From the NCBI GenBank assembly GCA_965231085.1, contig OZ246413.1:475234-539233 (forward strand): DNA of 64,000 nucleotides. Reading direction: 5' to 3'. The notes beneath the pieces were generated by a model that searched no databases, was not told the origin of the DNA, and was given only the letters and a program-made list of their open reading frames with translations. Shown one piece after another: positions 11,137 through 24,094 of this stretch (position 1 is the first letter of the stretch; the number at the start of each line of letters is the position of its first letter). The translations under genes were made by a program, and so were the position numbers. This DNA comes from an uncultured Candidatus Saccharibacteria bacterium (lineage in GTDB: Bacteria > Patescibacteriota > Saccharimonadia > Saccharimonadales > UBA10212).

Positions 11137-13068
11137 CTATTGCAAAACGGCTTTTATTCTTCGAACTCCGGCCGAGCTAGCTTCTTCTTTGGTGATTTTG
11201 AACTTCTTACCGCCTTCGCCCAAAACGCCAGTATGCTCAACGTGCGGGCCACCGCAAACTTCGCGACTAAATGGACTAGCCGGGTCGCCAATTGTATAAA
11301 CCTTCACCATATCGCCGTACTTATCACCAAAAGCACCGCTAGCAGTTTTTAGGGCCTCGGCGGTTGGCTCTTCCCTCCAACTAACTGGCAGGTCTTCGGC
11401 AATTTTTTCATTAACAATTTTCTCAACTTCAGCAATTTGCTCCGGCGTTACTTTTTGGTCATGGCTAAAGTCAAAACGTAATCGCTCGGCTGTAATATTG
11501 CTGCCGCGTTGCACAACGTGCGGTCCAAGAATGTTTTTAAGCGCCTGATACATCAGGTGGGTAGCAGTATGGTATTTGATAACCTGCTCCGAATGATCGG
11601 CCAAGCCGCCCTTAAACGTGCCAGCACTAGCCGTCTGGCTAAGTTGTCTCTGCTCATCCATTCTCGTATCAAATTCTTCTTTCCAGTTATCTTCTACATC
11701 TATACCGAGGCGATATGCTTCTTCGAGAGCAAGCTCAACGGGAAAACCGTAAGTGTCATATAGAACAAACAGTGAGTTTCCATTCAATTTCTTTGCCTTT
11801 ACCGCCGCTTCACGAACCTGATTAGTATTGCCTAGTTCATATGTAACCCCAAGACCAGCCAGCTTTGGCAACATTACCAAGCCTTTGCGCAAAGTCTGGC
11901 GGAAAAGTTTTTCTTCCCGGGCAAAAGCCTCAAGCACTTCCTGCTCATTTTTAGCAACTTCCGGAAAGTCTTTTTTATATAATTCTATAATTATAGGCGC
12001 GACTTTTTCGCATAGATCCTGCTCGATACCAAGATCAAATGCATAGCGCAGAGCCCTACGGATTAAACGACGCTGCACGTAGCCCTGCTGTTTGTTGCTG
12101 GGCATGACTCCATCGACACCTAGCCAAGTTGCAGCCCGTAAATGGTCAGCAATCACCCGCATACTATTTTGATGTTGGTCATAGCTTTTACCAGACAGTT
12201 TCTCGAGTCCTTCAATAATTGGTTTTATAAGACTTATTTCAAAAATATCTGGGCTGCCCATACTAGCTGCAGCGATTCGCTCTAAGCCACCGCCAAAGTC
12301 AACGTTTGGAGCAGGCAATTTTTCAAAACCATCTTTGGTTTTTTTATAAGCCATGAATACCGAGTTACCAATTTCCAAAAATCGGCCGCAGTCGCAGTTG
12401 GGGTGACAATGCTTGCCCCATTTTTCGTCGTGAGGGGTGCCAAAGTCATAAAACACTTCGCTGTCCGGACCGCCCGGCTCGCCAACAGCCATAGCCGCCG
12501 GCACACCGCCGCGGCTCCACCAGTTTTTAGACGCGTCGTAATAGAAGATACGCCCGTCGTTCATACCTTTGGAGTAACCATCGGCCTCCGAACCAATCTC
12601 GACTTGTTTGGCATCAATACCTTTTTCTTCGAATAGCCTTTCCCATATTCCAGCAGCCTCAGTGTCCTTAGGGACATTAGCTGCTTCGTCGCCAATAAAA
12701 CAAGTTACATATAATTTGCTTGGGTCCAGACCAATCTCGCCTACTAAAAATTCAAAAAACCAAGGTAGCTGCTCGGCCTTAAAATAATCACCGAGGCTCC
12801 AGTTACCGAGCATCTCAAAAAAAGTTGTATGGCGATTATCGCCTACTTCATCCATATCCTCAGCACGGAATGATGTCTGGCTGTCTACTAGGCGCTTGCC
12901 GTCAGGATGTTCCTCGCCAAGCAGGTAGGGCACCAATGGTTGCATCCCACTGCCTGTAAAAAGCGTTGTTGGATCATTTTGTGGCACCAGCTGTGCTCGC
13001 GGAATAACCACGTGCCCTCGAGCCTTAAAAAACTCAAGATATTTTTTTCTAATTTCTTGCGCTGTCAT
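11137..13068 (-). CDS. alaS: alanine--tRNA ligase, short form (643 aa)
   Basis: Class II core FTGSGMQP and NRHTTFFEMLGNWSLGDYFK. Editing-domain motifs HTATHLM and CGGPHV. Ends right after GVRRIKAV, so no C-Ala domain. Confidence 0.9.
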   Translation of the reverse strand: MTAQEIRKKYLEFFKARGHVVIPRAQLVPQNDPTTLFTGSGMQPLVPYLLGEEHPDGKRLVDSQTSFRAEDMDEVGDNRHTTFFEMLGNWSLGDYFKAEQLPWFFEFLVGEIGLDPSKLYVTCFIGDEAANVPKDTEAAGIWERLFEEKGIDAKQVEIGSEADGYSKGMNDGRIFYYDASKNWWSRGGVPAAMAVGEPGGPDSEVFYDFGTPHDEKWGKHCHPNCDCGRFLEIGNSVFMAYKKTKDGFEKLPAPNVDFGGGLERIAAASMGSPDIFEISLIKPIIEGLEKLSGKSYDQHQNSMRVIADHLRAATWLGVDGVMPSNKQQGYVQRRLIRRALRYAFDLGIEQDLCEKVAPIIIELYKKDFPEVAKNEQEVLEAFAREEKLFRQTLRKGLVMLPKLAGLGVTYELGNTNQVREAAVKAKKLNGNSLFVLYDTYGFPVELALEEAYRLGIDVEDNWKEEFDTRMDEQRQLSQTASAGTFKGGLADHSEQVIKYHTATHLMYQALKNILGPHVVQRGSNITAERLRFDFSHDQKVTPEQIAEVEKIVNEKIAEDLPVSWREEPTAEALKTASGAFGDKYGDMVKVYTIGDPASPFSREVCGGPHVEHTGVLGEGGKKFKITKEEASSAGVRRIKAVLQ

Positions 13069-13150
13069 TAAGCATGATTATAACAGAGGTAAACACTATA
13101 TTAAACATCTGTTTAACTAATTGATATACTAATCCTGAAAGGAAACATAA

Positions 13151-13315
13151 ATGGAAAAACCCCAGGCACCAATAGAGTTTAGCGATTTAGATGGCTCTAT
13201 ACCACCCCAGTTCCCTGAAACACAATTACCAATACCACCTAAACAAGAAGTTGAAGGTCAACCAGAGCCTAAGGCCCACCCAGACGACGATACTGTTGCC
13301 CAAAACTTTGGCTAA
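13151..13315 (+). CDS. possible 54-aa acidic, proline-rich peptide (uncertain)
   Basis: Own translation MEKPQAPIEFSDLDGSIPPQFPETQLPIPPKQEVEGQPEPKAHPDDDTVAQNFG. AAAGGA lies 6 nt upstream of the ATG. Below the ORF-track length cut-off. Confidence 0.3.
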   Translation: MEKPQAPIEFSDLDGSIPPQFPETQLPIPPKQEVEGQPEPKAHPDDDTVAQNFG

Positions 13316-13318
13316 AAT

Positions 13319-14362
13319 CTAAAAGACAATGCCGCCGCCAAGGCACTCGCTGCCAGAGTAGAGAACAGCCGATTGGCCAGGCGTCAGTGCCCTAACATCT
13401 TCATCAAGCTCCACTGTCCATTCAAAATTACTTAACCTGTTAAGTTTTTTTACGTTTATAAGTTTTGCGCGATGTCGGGTCCGGACTCTCAGATTCTTTA
13501 CGTCAACGGGCTCTTCGTTAATCCAGTGGGGCAGGGTAAGTCTAATTTGCCTACTCCAAAGTTTTTCGTCTTGTAGATCAGTCGTTACGTAAACTTCATT
13601 TTTTTTCATGTCTTTCCCTGTTACATAAAATGGCATTCCGCCGCCAACGTCTAGCCCATGGCGCTGGCCTATGGTGTAGAATATTGCCCCGTCATGCTCA
13701 CCCAAAATCTGGCCCTTTTGGTCAATTATCTTGCCGGGTTTTGAATCAACATACTGCAACAAAAAATCTTTAATGCCAATCTTACCTACAAAACAGATCC
13801 CCATACTCTCGCTCTTGGTTGCTGTAACTAGTTTAAATTTTTTGGCCAGTTCCCTAACCTGCGGTTTTGTATAATCCCCAAGTGGGAACAACGTTTTTTC
13901 GAGAGCTTGTTTTGATACGCGGTACAAAAAATAGGTCTGATCTTTATTATCATCTTTGGCCATATACAGACGCCCATCTTTGGTTTTGGCGTAATGGCCA
14001 GTGGCCACGTAATCCGCTCCGTCCTCAAGAGCTGTTTCAAGAAAAAGTTTAAACTTAATTTCTTGATTGCACATAATATCTGGATTGGGCGTACGACCAG
14101 CTTTGAATTCGTCCAACATGTAATCAACTACCTTGTGACGATACTGTTTCTCGAAGTCATACATTTTAAAGCCAATTCCAAGCTGCACTGCCACTCGTTT
14201 GGCATCGGTAAAATCATCGCGCCATGGGCAAGGCATGCCAGGCAAATCCTGGCTCCAGTTTTTCATATAAACTCCCACGACATTGAAGCCCTGCTGCTTA
14301 AGCAAGGCTGCCGTTACGGAAGAATCAACTCCGCCGCTTAAACCTACGAATACCGTCTTCAT
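13319..14362 (-). CDS. mnmA: tRNA 2-thiouridine(34) synthase
   Basis: PP-loop VGLSGGVDSSV, conserved CNQEIKF and GICFVG segments, 347 aa. Confidence 0.9.
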   Translation of the reverse strand: MKTVFVGLSGGVDSSVTAALLKQQGFNVVGVYMKNWSQDLPGMPCPWRDDFTDAKRVAVQLGIGFKMYDFEKQYRHKVVDYMLDEFKAGRTPNPDIMCNQEIKFKLFLETALEDGADYVATGHYAKTKDGRLYMAKDDNKDQTYFLYRVSKQALEKTLFPLGDYTKPQVRELAKKFKLVTATKSESMGICFVGKIGIKDFLLQYVDSKPGKIIDQKGQILGEHDGAIFYTIGQRHGLDVGGGMPFYVTGKDMKKNEVYVTTDLQDEKLWSRQIRLTLPHWINEEPVDVKNLRVRTRHRAKLINVKKLNRLSNFEWTVELDEDVRALTPGQSAVLYSGSECLGGGIVF

Positions 14363-14387
14363 CTCTGTTATTTTATAATATTTACGA

Positions 14388-16799
<2,412 letters not shown>

Positions 16800-16803
<4 letters not shown>

Positions 16804-18248
16804 GCTGTCGCTCCTAGAGCTTTAGCTTTTAGGCTTTCGATTATGTGTGGATAGTCGCTAGGATTTTTTAAAAGACCGGCCGTTTCATTGGCAGATTTCT
16901 TCAGCAACCCAACGTCAACCCGCGGATCAAGATTATTTTCTAGTAAAATGTCTAGCATCATTTGCTGGGCTAGCAAGCTATATGTTTCGCCTGGTACCTG
17001 GCTTAAAAGTTGCCTAAGTTTTTGGCCTCGTAGCAAATCCATCTGAGACTGAATTGATAGCTCAGTACCAAAATGCGAAAACTCTTTGGCCCGTTGATAC
17101 GATGCCAGGGCTTTTAGGGAAAGGGTGTTTTGCTGCTTCTGATGCTCATTTTGCCCACGGCTTCCGACACGCGTAACCGATAATCCCACATTAATTGCTG
17201 GTCTTAAACCTTCTCTAAAAACATCCATGTCTAAAATCCACTGTCCGTCAGTTATAGACATGATGTTAGTTGGCAAAAAAGCAGCGATATCACCACTATC
17301 GGCTGTCACTATTGGTATGGCCGTTAAACACTTGCCGCCCTTCTTTAGGCGACCAGCTCGTTCTAGTAGAGCCGAATGGGCATGAAACATATCGCCTGGG
17401 TAACTGTCTCTTCCAGGGCTAACCCCAGATAGCAACGAAATCTCCCGGTAAGCATGAGCGTGTGTTGTTAGATCATCGTAAATCACAATTGTGTCCTGAC
17501 CGACTGTCTGCCATAAATACTCAGCCATTGCACAACCCACGTAGGGGGCTAGATAACTAGCGACCAGCGAATCAAAAATTGTCGACACAATAACTATCGC
17601 CTTTTTCATGGCATCGTTTTCGCTTAACGTGTTAAGTAAGTTGTCTATATCACTTCGCCGTTTGGCAATCATTACATAAACCACTACTTGATCGGTATTC
17701 TTTTGGTTAATGGCAATCTGAGTTGCAAGAGTAGATTTACCCGACTTACTATCGCCCAGCAGTGCTAGCCTCTGCCCTCTGACAATTGGGAATAAGGCAT
17801 CGATAGCAACGACTCCCGTTTCCAGCTGGGTATCTAGTAGCTGCCGTTCGTAGATTGCTGGTGCTTTATTAAAAATTGGCGCCGTAGTATCGGCGGCGAT
17901 TACCCCCTTACCGTCTAGCGGTTCACCACTTATTGATACAACTCGGCCGATAAAATCCTTACCAACCTTGGCCATTAGTTCTGTTTGTTGCACCACTACC
18001 AAGCTGCCAACTCTGAGTTTTTGCGAGCCAAGATGCAAAACAACAACCCTGTCTTCTAAAATGTGCTGCACAAAACCTTTGCTACCATCTTCGAAAGTTA
18101 CCAGCGCATGGATATTAACCGGTTGCAAACCTTTAACTGTAACCAAAAAATTGTTAACTGTCAGAACCTCACCGACAGGTTGACCAGCGTCTACGAAGCG
18201 CTGAAAATGTTGCCCTACTTCAGTACTAGGCATTGGTGGCTCCATCAA
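16800..18248 (-). CDS. atpA: F-type ATP synthase alpha subunit
   Basis: Walker A GDSKSGKST, the YDDLTTHA segment and PGDMFHAHSALLERA. 482 aa. Confidence 0.9.
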
Positions 18249-18717
18249 TTAACTTGGCCAGATATGGTTCTTCTTTTTTTAGATTAGTTCTAAGACTCAT
18301 ATCAAAGATTTGATTTGAGGTTCTTAGTACACAGCCAGCAGCGATTGATGGTTGGATTCCAATCTGCAACAAGGCTTGAGGATGAATGTTGTCACGAAAC
18401 CATCTGATAAGTTGTTCTAGAGCTTTGGGCGACGGGTCGCTAGCAAAGCTTAGGTGCATGGATGGCGCCTTGGCAATAAGTTGTTCAAGCTCTGTCTTAA
18501 AACTTTTACGCTGACCGGCCTCAAGTAAATTGATTTTGTTATCTCTGGCTAACATATCCAGCGCGTGACTGACGCGAGGAGCCTGGAGCGAATCGCCTGG
18601 TTTCCGAGCGGCGGCTGCAACAAAATAATCATCGAGTTTGGTTAGCTCGCGCTGCATGCGAATTAGATCAGTCTTGCTGATAATGCCCAGCGGTAATTTA
18701 GAATCTTTAAGCGCCAC
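18226..18717 (-). CDS. atpH: F-type ATP synthase delta (OSCP-like) subunit, divergent
   Basis: 163 aa at the delta position. The C-terminal IAAGCVLRTSNQIFDMSLRTNLKK resembles the OSCP C-terminal motif. Confidence 0.55.
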   Translation of the reverse strand: MALKDSKLPLGIISKTDLIRMQRELTKLDDYFVAAAARKPGDSLQAPRVSHALDMLARDNKINLLEAGQRKSFKTELEQLIAKAPSMHLSFASDPSPKALEQLIRWFRDNIHPQALLQIGIQPSIAAGCVLRTSNQIFDMSLRTNLKKEEPYLAKLIDGATNA

Positions 18718-19324
18718 GTTTTACGTCCTCCAAGATGGCAGCTTTATTAGACTCAAGCTCAGACAAAATATATTCTAGTTGATCCGATAAATCTATCTGA
18801 TCGCCAATTGCCTTTAACACGTAGTGGTTAATAATGCTGGCCATATTTTTTTCGAACTGAGCAATAATCCTGGCCTTTTGGGCCTCGCTCTGTGTAGCTA
18901 GCTGCGTTTCCAAAAACTGACGCTGTTGCTCAATAGTAGTAATAGTTTTTTCGATAGAGCCAAGGGCAATTTGTTTAGCGTCGGCAATTCCCTGCTCATA
19001 CTTCTTAAACTCCTCCTGGAGCGTTCTGGTTATCTCGGCCCGCATGTAGTCGTTTAGCTGCGTAGTTGTTTGGCGAAGATCTTGCTGCAAAAACATGGCG
19101 TTTTCACCAATGATCTTCTCGAAGTATAGACGGCCCCTGTTTCTTAATTCTTCCCTGAATTCGTCATTAAAGATATGCTCAATATCTTTATTGGCTGTAG
19201 CTTCGATCCCACCTTTGATTGGTTTAGAGCCAGAGCTGTTATTAAGTTTCAAGGCTAACCAAATAAAGGCAGCAGTAGCACTAAGCAGTGCCCCTATAAC
19301 TAAAATTAACCCACCAGTATTCAT
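18707..19324 (-). CDS. atpF: F-type ATP synthase b-like subunit
   Basis: One N-terminal TM helix (LILVIGALLSATAAFIWLAL) followed by a long charged coiled-coil, at the b position in the operon. Confidence 0.55.
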   Translation of the reverse strand: MNTGGLILVIGALLSATAAFIWLALKLNNSSGSKPIKGGIEATANKDIEHIFNDEFREELRNRGRLYFEKIIGENAMFLQQDLRQTTTQLNDYMRAEITRTLQEEFKKYEQGIADAKQIALGSIEKTITTIEQQRQFLETQLATQSEAQKARIIAQFEKNMASIINHYVLKAIGDQIDLSDQLEYILSELESNKAAILEDVKRGA

Positions 19325-19331
19325 ATATGTC

Positions 19332-20129
19332 TTATAGCCTCAGTAATAAATATACGCCAATTAAAGAGGTAATGAAAATCACAAGTGCCGCACCAATCAC
19401 TTCAAATAGAGCTTTCAAAACCGAATGCTTACTTAAAGGGTTGCGGCCAATAGCTACAAGTCCGCCTCTGGTTCCAACCGTAAGAAGTACAAGGGTCAAG
19501 ACCGTTGCTACTAAAAACAAAACCAGCGCCACATATACCTTGAACGGTGAAGTTTCTCGACCAGCAATCGAATTGCCTAGTTTCTGCAAAGGGCCTGGAA
19601 TAGCCAAAGTGTTTTTAAAGTTAGGATTCCTGATGATATTAATATCAACCGAGACTTTACCTATTTTATAGCGGCCGGCACTACCAACAACGCCGGTTTG
19701 GCCATTAAAGCTACTTGTGGCTTTACCAAGCACCAGCGGCTGCCTGCCGGTTGCTTTTGCGCCGATTCCGTCAGTGTAAGATCCCGAGATATAATCGCCT
19801 ACAGAGATTGGCCCATTCTCGGTATCAACTAAAACCTGGTACTCGCCCTGGCTCGCAACATAGGTTGTAGCTCCCTCGTGCTCAACATAAACCGGCGACA
19901 AAGCTTTATCAATTACTACGCCAAAGATTAAATCAGACCGGCCGGCCGGTAGTTTTTCGGCTATTGTGCTGGTATCAGTACTTATACGAACTATCGTGCC
20001 TGCATCTAATTTGGTTTTTGTCTTAAGCCCCTGAACAACATTGTCGGCGCTAGCGCTACCCGATAACCCGACAATAAAAATAAAGCCAGCCAGTCCAAAC
20101 AATAAGACCCGAATTTTTCCCTTTAGCAT
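19332..20129 (-). CDS. secreted domain fused to a C-terminal two-helix hairpin (c-subunit-like loop AIGRNP); function unknown
   Basis: 265 aa: signal peptide, beta-rich domain, then VYVALVLFLVATVLTLVLLTVGTRGGLVAIGRNPLSKHSVLKALFEVIGAALVIFITSLIGVYLLL. It sits where atpB/atpE would normally be. Confidence 0.6.
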   Translation of the reverse strand: MLKGKIRVLLFGLAGFIFIVGLSGSASADNVVQGLKTKTKLDAGTIVRISTDTSTIAEKLPAGRSDLIFGVVIDKALSPVYVEHEGATTYVASQGEYQVLVDTENGPISVGDYISGSYTDGIGAKATGRQPLVLGKATSSFNGQTGVVGSAGRYKIGKVSVDINIIRNPNFKNTLAIPGPLQKLGNSIAGRETSPFKVYVALVLFLVATVLTLVLLTVGTRGGLVAIGRNPLSKHSVLKALFEVIGAALVIFITSLIGVYLLLRL

Positions 20130-20159
20130 TACATAAATTATACCGCTTTTGCTTAAGGG

Positions 20160-21311
20160 TTAATAGTCGCTAGATTTGATAACTTTCTCGAGGGTTTTAA
20201 CCAATTTTTTAATGTCTTTTGGCTCAGTAAAGCGCCCCAGACTAAAACGAAGTGTTGAGCGTGCCTGTTCATCGCTCAGACCAATAGCTTTTAGAACGAA
20301 CGACGGTTCATCAGAGCTAGCGCTACAAGCACTGCCAACTGCTACTTCAAAGCCGGCTTCATCTAGTTCCATCATTAAACGCTCATTGTCCCTTCCGGGC
20401 AAAGTTAAACTAATAATATGTGGTGCTTTATGCTGAGTGCTACCGTTAATTAGGGCATCTGGAAAACGCTGCATAATCTCACGCTCCAGCTTTATCCTTA
20501 GATCTGTTAACCTCTTGGCCTCGTTTGTTCGGTGATTTTGAACAATTTCAAGGGCCTTGGCTAAGCCGATTACGGCAGGCACGTTTTCTGTGCCAGATCT
20601 AATGTTAAACTCTTGGCCGCCACCGATAATCATTGGGTTAAGCGCCACACCGGCTTTGATATAAAGGGCTCCGCTCTGTTTTGGGCCATAAATTTTACCG
20701 CCATTAATTGTGGCTAAATCAACGCCAAGACGAGACACATGAATATCAAAAAAATTAGCGGCCTGGGCAAGGTCCGAATGTAAATATATTGGACGCTTAT
20801 TGCCGGATTTGATTCGATCTTTTCGGATGGAGGCAATAATTTTAGCAATCTCGGCCAGTGGTTGAACCGATCCCAGCTCGTTATTTACAAGCATTACACT
20901 AACTAGAACTGTTTTGTCATTAATTAATTTTTCGAGTTTGGCTAAATCAACTATCCCATCTTTATTAACTGGTATTAATTTGGCTTTAAATTTTTTGGCC
21001 GGGGCTATTACCGACTCATGCTCAATAGCGGAAACCAGAATTTCCGAATCATGGTATTTACTCATAACCCCTTGGATGGCTAAGTTATTAGCTTCGGTTG
21101 CCCCAGATGTAAAAACAATTTCTGCTGGCCGGACGCCCAAGTTACCAGCTATAGACTTTCTGGCTTTGTTTATGTCCTCACGAACTTTTCTAGCTGATAA
21201 ATATATAGCCGACGGATTGTAAAACGCGTCGCTAAAATATGGCTTCATAGCTTTCAAGACAGTCGGGTTAAGCGGTGTCGCGGCTGCGTAATCAAAATAA
21301 ACTTTTTTCAT
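20160..21311 (-). CDS. cysteine desulfurase (class V aminotransferase, NifS/IscS-like)
   Basis: 383 aa: FTSGATEANN, SAIEHESV and the catalytic-Cys loop GSACSASS. Confidence 0.85.
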   Translation of the reverse strand: MKKVYFDYAAATPLNPTVLKAMKPYFSDAFYNPSAIYLSARKVREDINKARKSIAGNLGVRPAEIVFTSGATEANNLAIQGVMSKYHDSEILVSAIEHESVIAPAKKFKAKLIPVNKDGIVDLAKLEKLINDKTVLVSVMLVNNELGSVQPLAEIAKIIASIRKDRIKSGNKRPIYLHSDLAQAANFFDIHVSRLGVDLATINGGKIYGPKQSGALYIKAGVALNPMIIGGGQEFNIRSGTENVPAVIGLAKALEIVQNHRTNEAKRLTDLRIKLEREIMQRFPDALINGSTQHKAPHIISLTLPGRDNERLMMELDEAGFEVAVGSACSASSDEPSFVLKAIGLSDEQARSTLRFSLGRFTEPKDIKKLVKTLEKVIKSSDY

Positions 21312-21313
21312 AA

Positions 21314-22081
21314 TTATATTTTAAATAATCTCTCGGCGTTATTGGTGGTAGCACTAGCAAGCTCATTTAAGCTCTCGCCTCTTAAGGAAGCCAAAAACTC
21401 AGCCGTATTTAGAACGTGTTTTGGTTCACAGATTTTACCACGATCGGGTTTTGGGGTTAAAAACGGAGCATCGGTCTCAAGCAACAATCTATCGAGCGGT
21501 ACCTTTTTAGCGGCGGCGAGCTGCGCTGGATCTTTAGTAAAAGTCATGATGCCGTTTAGACTAACGTAAAAACCCCTACTAATAATTTCCTCTAGCTCAT
21601 TGCTAGTGGCGCTAAAGCTGTGGACCACAGCCTTTTTTATTTCGTAGTCGGATATAATACGCCAAAAATCTTCCCAGGCATCTCGCACGTGGAAAATAAA
21701 TGGTAGCTTGCTAGCCTCGCCAATTTCTAGCTGCTCTCGCAGTACCTTTTCTTGATCTTCCCGGCTAGTGTGCTGGTGATAGTAATCAAGGCCTATCTCG
21801 CCAATAGCCACAACCTTGGGAAGACTAAGCATTTCCTTAATTTGAGCTCGGGCACGAGGTTCGTTTAAAAAATCTTGGCCGTCATGCGGATGGGCACCAA
21901 CACTAGCCCAGACATTTTTGTGCTTAGCTGCAAAATTAATCGCTTTTTTGCTATCGGCCAAACTACAGCCCACACAAATAATCTTACTAACACCGGCCTT
22001 GGCTGCAGACTCCAACGTTTGTTCCGGATCCAGTGGGTAGTTGCCAAAATGAATGTGGCAATGTGTATCAACCAGTTGCAT
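21314..22081 (-). CDS. tatD: TatD-family metal-dependent hydrolase
   Basis: VDTHCHIHF metal-binding start and EIGLDY. The ATG at 22081 follows the metG stop; the track ORF is extended to 22153. Confidence 0.85.
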   Translation of the reverse strand: MQLVDTHCHIHFGNYPLDPEQTLESAAKAGVSKIICVGCSLADSKKAINFAAKHKNVWASVGAHPHDGQDFLNEPRARAQIKEMLSLPKVVAIGEIGLDYYHQHTSREDQEKVLREQLEIGEASKLPFIFHVRDAWEDFWRIISDYEIKKAVVHSFSATSNELEEIISRGFYVSLNGIMTFTKDPAQLAAAKKVPLDRLLLETDAPFLTPKPDRGKICEPKHVLNTAEFLASLRGESLNELASATTNNAERLFKI

Positions 22082-22085
22082 GCAA

Positions 22086-23525
22086 TTATTTCTTTTCTGT
22101 TTTTGGGAACAAAGGGCCAGCCAGCGGCTGAACCCTGCCACCAGCAAACACACTCTGAATTTTTTTGGCAGTGTCGGGCATAAATGGCTCTATCAATATG
22201 CTAATTTGCAGTAGCGAAGCTACACAATTGGCCAGTATTTCTTGGACGTGTTCGAGTTCGCCTTTTTTAGCAATTTCCCAAGGTTTAGTTTCTTCTATGT
22301 ATTGGTTTAAGCCTTTTACCTGCTCCCAGACTTCGTCTAGAGCTCTATCGAATTTGCAATCTTCAATACTCGCACGGTAACTAGCCACGTCGTGTTTTGG
22401 CGCTGATAAGTCGCCAATGTTACCTTTTTGATAATTACTAATCATGGCTGCTGTTCGGCTTACGGCATTACCCAGCTGATCGGCTAGTTCTGAGTTGTAG
22501 GCCGCTTCAAATCTGTCCCACGTAAAGTCGCCGTCATCATAAGCCGGAACGTGTCGCATAAAGTAATAACGCACCGGATCGGCACCATATTTAGCAATTA
22601 TGTCTTTTGGTGCAATCACATTACCCAAAGATTTGCTCATTTTTTTGCCATCAACGTTTATATGACCATGAACGTACAAAGCTTTTGGTAATGGCAATCC
22701 TAGAGCTAGCAACATGCCCGGCCAAATAGCTGCGTGGAAGCGCAGAATATCTTTACCAATTACTTGAATATTAGCCGGCCAAAAGTCTTTAAAATCCTGG
22801 TTTTCCGGGTAGCCTAGAACCGTTATGTAGTTCATTAAGGCTTCAAACCACACGTACATGATCTGGCTGTCATCGCCCGGCACGGCTATGCCCCAGCTAA
22901 TTTTTTCTTTTGGCCTGGAGATACTTATGTCGTCTAGGCCACTTTTAACCACGCTTAAAATTTCATTCTTGCGAGTTTCGGGAATAATTCTAAAAGTCTC
23001 TGATTCTATGGCTTCTAAAATTTGCGGAGTAAAGGCGCTTAACTTAAAAAAATAATTGTCTTCTTTTATTTGCTCATACTTGCGATTATGGTGAGGACAA
23101 ACGCCGTTATTTTCTTTTACTACGGCTTCGGTATAAAAAGTTTCACAGCCCGTGCAGTACCAGCCGGTGTAGCTGCCTTTATAAATATATTTGTCCAGTG
23201 CCTTCCAAATAAGTTGGGCTCTAGTTTCATGGTCAGCGTCCGTGGTTCTAACAAAACGGTCATTGCTAATATTTAAATCTTTCAGTAAATCCACAAAAGT
23301 TTTGGTCATTTGGTCGGCCAATTGTTTTGGCTGAATTTTTAATTCCTCTGCCTTCTCGGCTATCTTGCCGCCATGCTCGTCGGTTCCGGTTGCGAATATG
23401 ACTGGTGTTTTATATTGGCGCATATAGCGAGCAATAACATCAGCACAAATATACTCTAGGGCGTGACCAACATGGGGTTCGCCATTAACGTACGGGATTG
23501 AAGTTGTTATATAGAAATTAGACAT
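22086..23525 (-). CDS. metG: methionine--tRNA ligase
   Basis: HIGH-type PYVNGEPHVGHALE, KMSKS, and zinc knuckle CTGCETF...CPHH. Confidence 0.9.
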   Translation of the reverse strand: MSNFYITTSIPYVNGEPHVGHALEYICADVIARYMRQYKTPVIFATGTDEHGGKIAEKAEELKIQPKQLADQMTKTFVDLLKDLNISNDRFVRTTDADHETRAQLIWKALDKYIYKGSYTGWYCTGCETFYTEAVVKENNGVCPHHNRKYEQIKEDNYFFKLSAFTPQILEAIESETFRIIPETRKNEILSVVKSGLDDISISRPKEKISWGIAVPGDDSQIMYVWFEALMNYITVLGYPENQDFKDFWPANIQVIGKDILRFHAAIWPGMLLALGLPLPKALYVHGHINVDGKKMSKSLGNVIAPKDIIAKYGADPVRYYFMRHVPAYDDGDFTWDRFEAAYNSELADQLGNAVSRTAAMISNYQKGNIGDLSAPKHDVASYRASIEDCKFDRALDEVWEQVKGLNQYIEETKPWEIAKKGELEHVQEILANCVASLLQISILIEPFMPDTAKKIQSVFAGGRVQPLAGPLFPKTEKK

Positions 23526-23670
23526 TTTTAAAACCTGAAGGCTGACATTGATATTATTGTAGCTTTTATAGGTGTTATTGAAAAGAGAGGGAAGGTGAAA
23601 GCCCCCGGGGCGACCGCGCTATGTAAGCTGCGGGCCGCCCCAGATGTTGTTGTGCGCCAGTTGCTGCGAG

Positions 23671-23937
23671 TTAGCCCGTGGCGCTGATGGTGCGCTGCGG
23701 CACACGAAAGCACTCGAGAATCTGGCTGAGAGTCGACATCCCCGACTCGTTAAGCCTACCCCGCCAGCTGAAGATGTTCCTCACCCTATCCGGGTCACCC
23801 TCGTACATCTGGACCATCTCCCGAATCTGCTCGAAGGCATCCATCGGCTTGCCCGCCGTGAGATGAAGACTGATCTCCTCAATCAGCTCATCGGTACGCT
23901 CACCGCCGTAGACGTAAAAGCCACCATCAAGGGGCAT
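23671..23937 (-). CDS. 88-aa hypothetical protein, GC-rich cassette B
   Basis: GGAAGGAG lies 6-8 nt upstream of the ATG at 23937. Product MPLDGGFYVYGGERTDELIEEISLHLTAGKPMDAFEQIREMVQMYEGDPDRV..., family not recognised. The track ORF extends to 24012. Confidence 0.55.
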   Translation of the reverse strand: MPLDGGFYVYGGERTDELIEEISLHLTAGKPMDAFEQIREMVQMYEGDPDRVRNIFSWRGRLNESGMSTLSQILECFRVPQRTISATG

Positions 23938-23959
23938 TTTAATTCTCCTTCCCTCGTTT

Positions 23960-24092
23960 TGTGAATGTTCATCTGACTTGCCTGCCAGATGTATGGTAGG
24001 GGTAGCAACCACGGTTCGGCTGGTTGGCCTAGTTGCGTAGTTGGTTGCTACCCCGGCCCTCGAGTCAAACGGGAGTGAAACTCGAGGACCGG
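23960..24092 (-). promoter_or_regulatory. GC-rich structured 5' leader of cassette B
   Basis: Hairpins CCGGTCCTCGAG/CTCGAGGGCCGG (24053-24092; one G-U pair only on the minus strand), GGTAGCAACCA/TGGTTGCTACC (24001-24052) and CATCTG/CAGATG near the RBS. Confidence 0.4.
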
Positions 24093-24094
24093 AG

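Noticed and set aside
13853-13875. Third occurrence of aacctgcggtttt (13-mer of the conserved hairpin loop) at 13857-13869.
   Set aside because: It lies inside the mnmA coding sequence (minus-frame KPQVRELAKK) without the flanking stem. It is probably coincidental, so it is not counted as a copy of the hairpin.
23528-23713. 61-aa minus-strand ORF between cassette B and metG.
   Set aside because: It spans the composition boundary, has no RBS and overlaps the end of the better-supported 88-aa ORF.
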